DNA of 62,847 nt, filler included, from Stramenopiles sp. TOSAG23-2 (GCA_900128395.1; 2 parts of 2 records of this genome joined end to end with filler, not necessarily neighbours in it); one strand, 5' to 3'; counted from the whole stretch's first letter, positions 52,160-62,710 are shown. The notes: generated from the letters alone by a model not told the origin. Made by a program: numbers and translations.

Positions 52160-54202
52160 TTAAAACCCCAAAACCAAATGTCGTGTAGTAGTTTTCAAAT
52201 CAAAATACTTCAAACAATCAGAAGATACTACGTAAATGCCATAACCTGCCACTTTTGTTACAACTGGTGCATAAGCACAATCAGCATTGTTTCTTGGTCT
52301 TGGTATTAATTTAATATTCAAGTCATCATTAAATGCAATGCCAACGACTAAATTTGAATGTTGAAATATTTGTGGAAATTGTCTACTAGATCCTTGCATC
52401 ACAATAGCACTATTCGGTCTTGATATTGAAAGAAAAGAACCATATTTAGTTTGTTGTGATATGAATCCCTGTAATCGATTTGCAATCTGTGCCAACCAAT
52501 CCGGTGTAAGTTGATTAGCAACTCGTTTCCACTCACTTGGATTAAATCGATTTACATGCCATTGAAATGCATTGACGTCTATATTCGTAAACACTCGTTG
52601 AAAGGTATAAAAATCATGTGGTTGTTCAATTTTTGGAGAGACATCTTGCTGATAAGAAATTGCCCACTCTCGAAATTGAGATTGGAAACAAATTTCCATT
52701 TCAACTCTTCTAGCATCGCTTTCTATAAGTGCATAATCGATACTTCTTAAACAGCAATTATAAACATCTCGCAAAGTAAAATTACAATTGCGTAACACAA
52801 AAACAATATTATCTGTCATATTTTTATCGTCTAATTTATTTGGATCGTCTGGACTAAGTGTGACCATTAATCCTTGATCAAGTAAGCGTTTATATAAAGA
52901 AAAGTCTTTTACAGCATTTAAATCAAAATTTGATATTGGGCATACTTCTAGTGCTATTTTTTTTGCTATTATTTCATTTGTCAACGCTTTATCTTTTAAA
53001 CAATGAATGCCATGGCCAATTCTGTTTCCACCATTCTGTACCGAATAACGTATGTTCTCTACGCAATTTTGTGTTTCACCAGCATGGAAAAAAAAGGGCG
53101 TTGTTTTTGATGTTATGATATCATTGTATTCAATAAGTTGGTGCCCTTTTTCTTCATCTCCTACCAGATCATATCCTCTAATCAATTTGCCATATCGTGA
53201 GTTGGACGAAAGTAATGATTCAATTTCTTTAAAATAATTATTTACCCGATGAGGAGGTGCAGACTTTGAAAAACACGCGATGATGGCAAACGTTTTGCCA
53301 TTGTTACGGAAAAACTCTAATTGATTAAGATACAATTCGCATTCTTTCTCCATAGAAACCCTTTGTTGTTTCCCATTAATCACTTCATAAACACTACCAA
53401 GGCGTAACCTTAAATCAACGTGTTGAACATTTTCTTCCACCATTTCTTTAAACATAAGATTCATATATCGTGGTAAAAATTCCAATCGTTTAATAATAAA
53501 ATAAAACATTTTACCAAGTGCTCCAAAATCCGCATGTTTATCCTTTACCAATTGCTTTATAGATGCAAAATTTGGCACATTTCTAATATAATTAAGTTCC
53601 AAGTCACTGAATGATAATTCTCCTTTCACATCGTCAAATAAAACTTTCAATGGTAAATCTTCAGCTTCCAGAAAATCCAATATTTTACTATATCTGACAT
53701 ATCCTGAAAAATGCATATGAAGAATACAACCTTTTGGCATTCGAGAATAGATTGAGCCTGTACTACTATGCGATGATGCTACTGCACTCCGTTTTGGTGC
53801 TGGTAGAGAGTTTCCACCTAATGCTGATTGTTTGCGTTTTCTATTTTCTTGATATACAAAAAATACTTCTTCAAGAGGGTCACTTGGTGTCGGTGGTAAT
53901 ATATAAATTTTCATATCACCAATTTGAGCAACAGCTGCTCTAGCATGTTGTTGCAAAAAAATTAAGAAGCTTTTGATTTTGTTTTGCGCATTGTTTACAC
54001 GTTGAAAACGTAATTGACACGACAATTGCTCTCGCGAAGGAAATGTTTTTTCCACTCTTACTACAATTTTCTCTGGGATATTTATAGAAAAATTGTTAGT
54101 ACTACTTGCTAATGATATTTGTTGTATTTCTTCAATTCCTTTCTGATTTTGTATACATAATGTACATGTTTTGCTATCTTGTGACGATGCAACAGATGCC
54201 AT
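52160..54202 (-). CDS. ADA2/ADGF-like adenosine deaminase with N-terminal SPOC-like and C-terminal AlkB-like domains
   Basis: MPKG.ILHMH, GYDLVGDE, FHAGET, RIGHG, LEVCPISN and SPDDP all present; the flanking domain calls are less certain (see findings). Confidence 0.9.
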   Translation of the reverse strand: MASVASSQDSKTCTLCIQNQKGIEEIQQISLASSTNNFSINIPEKIVVRVEKTFPSREQLSCQLRFQRVNNAQNKIKSFLIFLQQHARAAVAQIGDMKIYILPPTPSDPLEEVFFVYQENRKRKQSALGGNSLPAPKRSAVASSHSSTGSIYSRMPKGCILHMHFSGYVRYSKILDFLEAEDLPLKVLFDDVKGELSFSDLELNYIRNVPNFASIKQLVKDKHADFGALGKMFYFIIKRLEFLPRYMNLMFKEMVEENVQHVDLRLRLGSVYEVINGKQQRVSMEKECELYLNQLEFFRNNGKTFAIIACFSKSAPPHRVNNYFKEIESLLSSNSRYGKLIRGYDLVGDEEKGHQLIEYNDIITSKTTPFFFHAGETQNCVENIRYSVQNGGNRIGHGIHCLKDKALTNEIIAKKIALEVCPISNFDLNAVKDFSLYKRLLDQGLMVTLSPDDPNKLDDKNMTDNIVFVLRNCNFTLRDVYNCCLRSIDYALIESDARRVEMEICFQSQFREWAISYQQDVSPKIEQPHDFYTFQRVFTNIDVNAFQWHVNRFNPSEWKRVANQLTPDWLAQIANRLQGFISQQTKYGSFLSISRPNSAIVMQGSSRQFPQIFQHSNLVVGIAFNDDLNIKLIPRPRNNADCAYAPVVTKVAGYGIYVVSSDCLKYFDLKTTTRHLVLGF

Positions 54203-54650
54203 GATAAAATAAACGAATAGTTACTAAAACAATTATGTATATGTATGTGTGAGTGATAAATTTTACAAGAATGTTAATTTAAATTGATCTTTTTTACTTT
54301 TAATTTCAAAATCTACAATTATTTTATTCGTCTTCTTCTTCTTGTTGCTTTTATTCATTTTTTTTATAGCCAATATATAATATATAATAGTAAAAAATAG
54401 ATAGTAGAAGAAAGATGATGATGATGTAATACTTTAATAAGTACAACACGTATGGTATTTTTCCTATATAAAATAATAATGTGGTAGTTATAAGAGTACC
54501 AGGTTCTTACGAGCGCTGTTTCTGGAATTTATCAGATTTTTAATGCTCTATCTATGTTATTTAATGCTGTGATGCTGCTAAATAGGGCTGTCTTTTGGTG
54601 ATAAATTATGTAAGGTATTTTGGTTTCCCGATCGAAAAAAATAGTTGAAA

Positions 54651-54810
54651 CTTTAGATATATTGATTATTATATAAAATGTATTATTATAAAATGTTTTT
54701 TATGTTTCCAAAATACATTGATTTTGCATCTTTAGATATATTGATTATTATATAAAATGTATTATTATAAAATGTTTTTTATGTTTCCAAAATACATTGA
54801 TTTTGCATCT
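54651..54810. repeat. perfect 79-bp tandem duplication inside the TIR element
   Basis: 54651-54729 equals 54730-54808. Confidence 0.9.
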
Positions 54811-55183
54811 AAAATTAAATAAAATCAATTTATTCTTCTTCTATTTTATTCTTAAAATACTATTAATCAAGAAAAGTATAGCTTTTAGTATGTTTTGACC
54901 ACATTAAATATATTTTTTCACCATACGATGATAATTTATCAAAATATAAAGATAATAATCATGCTAGATTCCTAATATTTTCCATGATGTAGTATGTATA
55001 ACTTTCAAAAAAATACATTTTACACAAAAAACTTTCGGATGAACATATACAAAACTTGTCGTTTTCTTCAATAGTATATACTAACGTAACCAAAAATCAA
55101 TGTTTTATTAAAAACGATGCGGTGAGATTTTTTTTAATCGATAGTGTTGGATATACAAATGAACTAAAACATTCCTGCCAAAC

Positions 55184-55425
55184 ACCCTAGTTATGATGTT
55201 GTGCAATTATATAACTTTGATATAAATAATTTCATATATTATATATAATAATCGTATATTTACAAAAAATGCTATTGGTGTATCATAATAAGTATTATTA
55301 ATAACCCTAGTTATGATGTTGTGCAATTATATAACTTTGATATAAATAATTTCATATATTATATATAATAATCGTATATTTACAAAAAATGCTATTGGTG
55401 TATCATAATAAGTATTATTAATAAC
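55184..55425. repeat. perfect 120-bp tandem duplication inside the TIR element
   Basis: 55184-55303 equals 55304-55423. Confidence 0.9.
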
Positions 55426-55827
55426 TAAAACATCTTTTAAAGTGGATCGTTGGTGTATTAATATGTTGTGTTTTTAATATTTTTATAAGTAATATAATTA
55501 TTTGTGCGTTGTGATATGTGAATTAATTGATATTTATTGATATTTATTGATTCATTTCCTATTATTTTTTTTTAATAATTCAGTTAAAATACCTTAATAT
55601 ATATTTGAGATTTTACACCTATCCAAAAATCTGGTGAATTCCAGAAACAGCGCTTGTATGAGTAGTACAAGCCAAATAATATATCCCAGTTGGCATAGTT
55701 ACAGTGCGGGTTACCTATAATAACTTTTCTTCCTATAAGTCAATTTATACTGTAGTAAGTATATTGTAGTTTTCCCCAAACTACGATTGCGCAAATCACC
55801 CTGGTGTAGCTTGCCTTAGGTAGATTC

Positions 55828-56109
55828 TAAATGCGGACGAGGCGGACCCAAATCAATGGGACCGTAATTTTATCAAAAAATGAATTTTAAAAAAGGATTT
55901 TGTGATTTCATTTTTTTTAAATAAATAAATGAATCGATATGCCATTTTACAAAATAAAATCGGATATTTGTATTTTTATAATATCAATAATCGGCATTTT
56001 TTGATCCAATTTGGGTCCCATTGATTTGGGTCCCATTGAACCCTACTCTCCAACTCTATTCTAATGCTATTCCTATCCTAATGATTTGGGTCCGCCTCGT
56101 CCGCATTTA
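55828..56109. mobile_element. 282-bp MITE-like element with perfect 28-bp GC-rich inverted repeats
   Basis: taaatgcggacgaggcggacccaaatca (55828-55855) and its exact reverse complement (56082-56109); the internal segment recurs near 21511-21573. Confidence 0.7.
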
Positions 56110-56505
56110 ATAATCTGCCGGGCTTGCGCAAATGACTGTACTTCGACAGTATGAAAAGTTGCTGGAAGTTCTAGATCCTAGAGTTGGGGCATGAAATTTT
56201 AAGGGGGATTTTCAGGATAATTTCGATGGTGTCCTATCGTAGCAAATAATGTCTCCCGATTGGGCTTGCGCAAGAAGGCTTGCAATCGGGAGACAATATA
56301 GTAATTAATAATAAAAAAAAAAAATAGAAGAATTAGAATTGATGAGACACGAACATTTTTTATAACAATATAAAGGTAGAGATAAGAGATAACATAATAG
56401 AAAAGAAGAAATTCAAATCGTATTATATAAAACATTATTCTGTTATCTTTATTGCTCTATTATCATTACTATTAATCATTTAATTCACAACGAAAACATA
56501 TCATC

Positions 56506-58134
56506 ATGCGAAGATTAGCAAAACATATGCTACCAGATAAATACAAAACAAATGAAGATGTTGCAAGAAAAGCAATGTATGGACAAAATGTAAAAAAAAG
56601 AAAAAAATCATCAAAGCAATGGTGGTCGAAATTTTGTAAAGCATTATTTTTAGGAATTGTAATGGCCGTTGTAGGCTTTTATAAATTTGGAGGTGATACA
56701 TATCAAAATAGTAGTAATGGTCTAGATGGCATGGATCCTGCTGATTTATCGGAGAAAGAGCAAGCAAAAATTAGACTTTTTGAAGATAGAGCACAAGTGG
56801 AATTATTAACTGGTAAATATGAAAATGCTGACAAGTTATATGCTAAAATATTAGAAATCAACCCAAAGCATGGTGAATCGTTATATGTTCGTGGAATTAT
56901 ACGCACAACAAGGACGGATGAAGCAAGTTTACGGGAAGGCATCGAATATTTTAAACGCGCGTTGCATGTGGATCCAAAACGTTCAGATTATTATGCTGGT
57001 TTAGCCGAAGCTTATCAAACATTAGGAGAGAAATCAAAGGCACTTTCTACATATGAACGTGTTGTGAAATATTCACCAAAAGATGCAAATGCGCATAATG
57101 ATATTGGTTTATTATATATGGATCAACACAAGATGGGGAAAGCACGTTATTATTTGGAAAAGGCCATTAAAATTAATCCAAAGCATCCAGAAGTATTGAA
57201 TAATTTAGGAAAATTAGAACAAGAAACTGATCATATACGAGAAGCAATTGATTTTTTCACAAAAGCAATTAATGCAAAACAAAATTATGCAATAGCACAT
57301 TTAAACATAGGTACTTTGTATGCAAAATTGAAAGAGAAAGAAAAGGCCAAGTTTCATTTAAAAGAAGCATTAAAGCTTGAACCAGATAACGAAGAAATTA
57401 TGCAAGCGAAATTTATATTACAAATGTTGGAGTCTGAAAAAGAGTTTGTTGATCCAGATAAATTTGAGGAAGTAAAAGATTCATTTCATAAACATACGGA
57501 AACGTTGTTTAATGATTATGCAAATACATTTGAGAAACATTTGGAGAAAAATTTAAAATATAGAATACCAACAGTAATACGGGAGAAAGTCCATGAGTTA
57601 CATGAAGGAGAAACAACTTTACGAATTTTAGATTTAGGTTGTGGCACTGGTTTAATTGGCAAAGCACTTGAACCATATGTTTCAGATGAGGAAGGTAAAA
57701 TCTATGGCACAGATTTAAGTGCAAAAATGATTATCGAAGCTGAGAAGAAGAAAATTTATAGCAAATTATGGACGGAAGATTGCCAATTAACATTAGAACG
57801 CTTTGAAAACGATCCATTAGATGTTATAACTGCAGCTGATGTATTTGTATATATTGGAAATTTAGAAAGCATATTTGCCAAGGCAAAAGAAGCATTGGTT
57901 TTTGGCGGTTCATTCATATTTTCCACTGAAACCTGTGAGGAATGTAATGCATATCAAATTAATACAAAAACGATGCGGGTACGACATTCAAAAGAATACA
58001 TATTGCGTTTAGCGAATGAACATGGTTTTGATATTTTATCATCTGAAAGTACATGGGGTCGTGAAGAAAGTGATAAGAAAGTCAACATGGAAGTATATGT
58101 CATGTCACCAAATCCACTGAAAAGTGGTATGTAA
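56506..58134 (+). CDS. membrane-anchored TPR-repeat SAM-dependent methyltransferase (COG4976-like)
   Basis: TM segment near residues 45-62; about six TPRs; LFNDYA..FE.HL...L.YRIP, LDLGCGTGL, DLSAKM, AADVFVYIG.L and FIFSTE motifs. Confidence 0.9.
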   Translation: MRRLAKHMLPDKYKTNEDVARKAMYGQNVKKRKKSSKQWWSKFCKALFLGIVMAVVGFYKFGGDTYQNSSNGLDGMDPADLSEKEQAKIRLFEDRAQVELLTGKYENADKLYAKILEINPKHGESLYVRGIIRTTRTDEASLREGIEYFKRALHVDPKRSDYYAGLAEAYQTLGEKSKALSTYERVVKYSPKDANAHNDIGLLYMDQHKMGKARYYLEKAIKINPKHPEVLNNLGKLEQETDHIREAIDFFTKAINAKQNYAIAHLNIGTLYAKLKEKEKAKFHLKEALKLEPDNEEIMQAKFILQMLESEKEFVDPDKFEEVKDSFHKHTETLFNDYANTFEKHLEKNLKYRIPTVIREKVHELHEGETTLRILDLGCGTGLIGKALEPYVSDEEGKIYGTDLSAKMIIEAEKKKIYSKLWTEDCQLTLERFENDPLDVITAADVFVYIGNLESIFAKAKEALVFGGSFIFSTETCEECNAYQINTKTMRVRHSKEYILRLANEHGFDILSSESTWGREESDKKVNMEVYVMSPNPLKSGM

Positions 58135-58657
58135 AAAGAGCGAGAGACAACGAAAAGTGTATATGATATGTGTGTCTAGAGATATAAAATACGAAGTATT
58201 TTATCCAAAAAAGTACGAACGTATGTCATATGATAAAATATATTTTTCGATTTTAGTGGAGAAGATAGATATAATATATTAATATTGGCTCAAAGCACTG
58301 CTGTATTTCTTTGGAGAGGTAGGAATCTTGTTATGAGTAGGAATTAAAAAAATTAATATACGCGTACATTTTAATTAAATACGATTTCGTATTAATCTAG
58401 ATATTTTTTTTTAATTTTTTTACGAAAAACCATCATATATATTTTACAAAATATTATCATACGTATGCCATATATGATATGATATGATATGATAATTATT
58501 ATTTTATATTAGAAAAAAAATCTAGTGTGATCCATATATTTAATGGCGAGTTTCAGCGTTGTGTGGTGGATCTTTTTTTAAAAAAATTGGAATATTGATG
58601 TCCCAAGCGTACTTTTCATCGTGAATTCCCGTAACAAAACATCGCTGAAGTCTAGAC

Positions 58658-60262
58658 CTACGACGTACGATCCACCAAAACTGCTTCCCTATCTTCTTTT
58701 GGATTTTTACTTCCTGCACCTGGTTTGACAACAGAAGAAGTATTAATTGCTGTTTTATTAATACTTTCTGCGTTAACTATAGTTTCTTTTGGTGGTGGAG
58801 GAGGTGGTGGTGAAGAAGTTACTTTTTCTTGTTGTGTTTCATTATTGTCCTCTTTACCAAGAACTTTGTTTTCTTCTTCATTTTTTTGCTTTGTTACTAC
58901 ATATTTAGATGCACGCATACGCATTCCACCATTCGTTGGTGGTGGTCCAGGTGGTGGTTGTGTTGTACCATTATTAATATTGATACTTGCTTTTGGTTTT
59001 GGTGGTGGACCAGGTGGCTTTGGTTTTGTTGTTGTTGTAGATCTTTTTGATGGTGATGCTGGCATGGATGATGTTGATGGATTTACACCTTTTAATATTT
59101 TTGATAATTCTTCTTTAGCAGATTCTTTTTTCTTCCCACTTCCTTTCTTTTTCTTTTTTTTAGTTGGATCTTTCATATTGACTGCACGTTTTAATTTGAA
59201 CCATGCAAATGCCATAAGCAATGCTAACCCACCAAATATGGAGGAAACGATTGATATGATCATTATTTGTGTATCACTATCTACAGCTGATCTAGTCGGT
59301 TTATTTGCAATGAATACTTGGGCACCTGCATATGATGTCATGACGCCATTACCGCCTTTAACAACCACATTTACAAAATATTTTTCACCAGGTTTACCAG
59401 TAAACACTTTCATCACCAACGTTCCATTACTTTTAGGTTCAAACCCTCCATCATCTAATGGAGTGCCAAATTGTTCCACACCACATGCAGTGTACATAAT
59501 TTGACATGCTTTTGATGCCCAGTAATCTTGGCACACAGGTAATATTTTTTTCTCATTGCCCTGGAATATGCTTGACAATGCATTGTTATCCGATTCCGCA
59601 TTTGTACTATTATCACCCTCTTCATTTTCATCCTCTTCAACGATTAATGATTTATATACTTGATACATTGCATTTTTATCCCATTCCGACGCTTTAAATT
59701 TTACTTTGATTGCAGGTATGGTTAACTTTTCTTGCTTTGCCTCTACATAACCAAATTCGCCAGGCCGTGTTGGTGCAGCCCTAATATTACGACTAGTATA
59801 TGCAACGAGTGAAATATTTGCATCTTTAAATCCTGCTATTGTTATATAATAATCCCGATTATACATACGTGTATCAATCTGTTTAATGGAACCTGGTTCT
59901 GTGTTATTTGCTTCGTAACGATAATCAAATTCATTTGGCCATGGGAATGGATTTGTTTTTGCCCACATAAATACACCACCACTACATGGTGAGGCACGTA
60001 CATGTATTGTTGGTGCTAAATGATTGATTAATGTTAAATCTTCTATACGAAAATGATAATGTTTATGTTCATTCTTTTTTATACTAATCGTATATGGTTT
60101 TGATTCGATTAATTTCGTACAAGTTGTTTCTTTTAAAGGTGCATCTTGATATGTACATTGTGGTGGTGGTAGTGGTGTTGTAATTCCATTATTTGATGAT
60201 GCAACAATGGCAACAATGATTAATTGTATAAATACAACTGTTATATACAATACACGATACAT
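58658..60262 (-). CDS. type I membrane protein with beta-rich ectodomain and Pro/Lys-rich cytoplasmic tail
   Basis: Signal peptide; beta-sandwich-like segments (HYHF, VRASPC, YTACGV, YFVNVVV; weak NDNF-like resemblance); one TM helix; poly-Pro tail. Confidence 0.8.
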   Translation of the reverse strand: MYRVLYITVVFIQLIIVAIVASSNNGITTPLPPPQCTYQDAPLKETTCTKLIESKPYTISIKKNEHKHYHFRIEDLTLINHLAPTIHVRASPCSGGVFMWAKTNPFPWPNEFDYRYEANNTEPGSIKQIDTRMYNRDYYITIAGFKDANISLVAYTSRNIRAAPTRPGEFGYVEAKQEKLTIPAIKVKFKASEWDKNAMYQVYKSLIVEEDENEEGDNSTNAESDNNALSSIFQGNEKKILPVCQDYWASKACQIMYTACGVEQFGTPLDDGGFEPKSNGTLVMKVFTGKPGEKYFVNVVVKGGNGVMTSYAGAQVFIANKPTRSAVDSDTQIMIISIVSSIFGGLALLMAFAWFKLKRAVNMKDPTKKKKKKGSGKKKESAKEELSKILKGVNPSTSSMPASPSKRSTTTTKPKPPGPPPKPKASININNGTTQPPPGPPPTNGGMRMRASKYVVTKQKNEEENKVLGKEDNNETQQEKVTSSPPPPPPPKETIVNAESINKTAINTSSVVKPGAGSKNPKEDREAVLVDRTS

Positions 60263-60925
60263 CTTTTTGTTATCTTGTGGTTATTGTTATTGTTGTTGTT
60301 GTTCTGATTGTTGTATTGACATATATATATCACTTTCACATTCGTGTAAATGCAGTATATATATATATGTATATAAATGTGTACTACTACATGTAATTTC
60401 TGCATCATAAATAATAATAACATAATAAAAGTTGTTTTTATTTTTTACATCGCCTCTCGTATAATGGTATGCCTATGTTATCTCAAAATTTGGATCTGAT
60501 CATATGTTATCATCTGGGGGGGGAATGCTATTTAGATATTTAGATACTACTATAGGCAATAATAATCGGAAATTTATTATGATTCTACCAGACAAGCTTT
60601 TGGGAAGTTTAGTCAAATAAGAACAAAAAACAACAGTGTTTTAGTTTTTTCAAACAACACACAAAGTGCCAAAATAATACAGGAGGTACACAATTATTAT
60701 ACAGAGGAAGGTTATAATATTATTATATTCAGACTCTATTATACTAATACCAGGTAATATACCAGGGTGCCAGGTATAAAATAAGACACAAAAAAAAAAT
60801 AAATATTAACCAATTATAACACTCGATATCATAACTTATTATAATATCAAAATATATACATAGATAGATAGATTACACATATTATAATAACAAACTCTTT
60901 ACACAAATATACTTTAAAAGCAATA

Positions 60926-62710
60926 ATGATGAACAATTTTTTGAATAAGACGAAATATTTACGTAAATTATGTTTTGTCGTTTCTGTGCTTCTGTCGTCT
61001 ATAATTAATAACGTAACTGGGCAGGGTATAACAGAACTCTTTATAACAGATCAAAATGGTATTGGAATTCCAATAAATCCATATTTTACTACTGGCCAAT
61101 TGACTGGATATACGGCAACTGCTGAAACAACAACAACGTCTTTGACATTAACTGCTACATTTGGAAGCGGGTCCGCAACCGCTAAAACAAATAGTGGCAA
61201 TGCTGTATCATTGACTACCGGTGTAGTAGCCGGGGATGAATATGTAACAGAAGTTACAAGTACATATCAAGCAGATAAGAGTTTAACGAAAGATGAGTGT
61301 AAAGTATATGGGGAGAGTATTAACAAATGGGGAGGTGAGCTTGATGCTTTAAGAGTTGAAACCGAATTCGCTCCTCCACTAAGCTGTTACTTTGGAGGTG
61401 ATGGTAATGTCTACTTTTTGAAATCGTCCAGCGCGCGACAGATATATGCTTGTAGCACAGCTTTTCCATGTGTTCAAAAAATATTTTCCACAAACCTTGA
61501 AATTGTAGTTGGTATAAATACGTTAACTGTTTTCTCTTCTACAGATGGTTATTATGAAATAACAATTATAAGAGCTACAACGTTAGGACAGCGAATTACA
61601 TCTACTGCTATAAGCAAACCACCAGGATTTCATGACATTCAGCCTCCAAAATTAATGTTAAGTCGTAGCGATGGCAGACCAGCTTTATATATCGAAACGT
61701 TAAGTAACCCTCTGCCAGCAGACGGCGTCCCAACAACTAATAATTCACCTGTTCTTAATGTATTAGTTTCTGTACAGACGGTTACGATGCATTTATGGAT
61801 TTCAGATGATTTTTCAGGTTGCAAAACGGTAGAAATTATGACTTCTGGGCGTGACGGTTCTGACACTACTTCGATAATGAGACAATCTTCGCCACGGCAG
61901 GCAGAACACGGCTATACTTCCACTCGTCTAAATGGCAGATGGGAACTCCAAAAAGCTATTCCTTCACTTTCTGCAAATGGCACATGGGCAATATCTTTCA
62001 TACGATTAACAGACTTACAAGGTAATGTTTATACATATTTCGAACCAGAATTAATAGCGTTAGGTGTTCCTACCAAATATCAAGTTATATCAGCATTATG
62101 TATGACGTCTCCGTGGTTATGTCCTGAATACAGACAAATACAAGATTTAGTTAATAAAGATGATGAACGTAATAATAGACAAGCTTGGATTTATTATTAT
62201 TATCGTCAAGTATGGTATGATCCACAGGAACCTGTATGTGGTTTGTCCGGGGGTATGTGTCAAAAGCCTGGGACGTTTATTGATTTTGATAAAGCTATTG
62301 AAGTAGAAAGTGCCATACAAAAAAATAGACTTCCAGATTGTAATCCGATTACACATTTATGTGGTGAGGACGCTAATGAAGTATACGAGTTAAATGCAGA
62401 CATTTTCCTTAACATGACGGGCCTTATCAATAATGTAGAAGCATCTATTTGGGACAAAGATTCATATGTTGCACAAACTGAAGATCGAGTAAGAACGTAC
62501 TGCAAAAATTCTAGAAAAAATTGGCTGGATAAGTTTAATACGATGTCTGACGCTGAAAAAGAAGACGCTGCCGTCAATTATTTCGAATTCTGCTTTGGGA
62601 TGTCAAATAATACAGAGATTGATTATACGCAATTAGAATCAGCTTCCTCAGGAGCTTCCTCGGGAGCTTCTGCGGGGGCGAATAACGATGAAAGTGGTAG
62701 TAACTATTAA
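60926..62710 (+). CDS. secreted modular protein with cadherin-like beta-sandwich, Ig-like and Cys-rich domains
   Basis: Signal peptide; P.F.....YTAT....SLTLTAT...G.NTLTV.....Y.ITI.RA pattern; SDDFSG...G.W.I..I.L.D..GN Ig-like pattern. Confidence 0.78.
   Translation: MMNNFLNKTKYLRKLCFVVSVLLSSIINNVTGQGITELFITDQNGIGIPINPYFTTGQLTGYTATAETTTTSLTLTATFGSGSATAKTNSGNAVSLTTGVVAGDEYVTEVTSTYQADKSLTKDECKVYGESINKWGGELDALRVETEFAPPLSCYFGGDGNVYFLKSSSARQIYACSTAFPCVQKIFSTNLEIVVGINTLTVFSSTDGYYEITIIRATTLGQRITSTAISKPPGFHDIQPPKLMLSRSDGRPALYIETLSNPLPADGVPTTNNSPVLNVLVSVQTVTMHLWISDDFSGCKTVEIMTSGRDGSDTTSIMRQSSPRQAEHGYTSTRLNGRWELQKAIPSLSANGTWAISFIRLTDLQGNVYTYFEPELIALGVPTKYQVISALCMTSPWLCPEYRQIQDLVNKDDERNNRQAWIYYYYRQVWYDPQEPVCGLSGGMCQKPGTFIDFDKAIEVESAIQKNRLPDCNPITHLCGEDANEVYELNADIFLNMTGLINNVEASIWDKDSYVAQTEDRVRTYCKNSRKNWLDKFNTMSDAEKEDAAVNYFEFCFGMSNNTEIDYTQLESASSGASSGASAGANNDESGSNY

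Larger units (their letters stand above)
54510..55656. mobile_element. 1147-bp non-autonomous TIR DNA transposon flanked by TA
   Basis: 32-bp TIRs (54510-54541 and 55625-55656, 29/32 match); TA at 54508-54509 and 55657-55658; subterminal inverted repeat taaggtatttt/aaaatacctta; no internal ORF. Confidence 0.8.
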
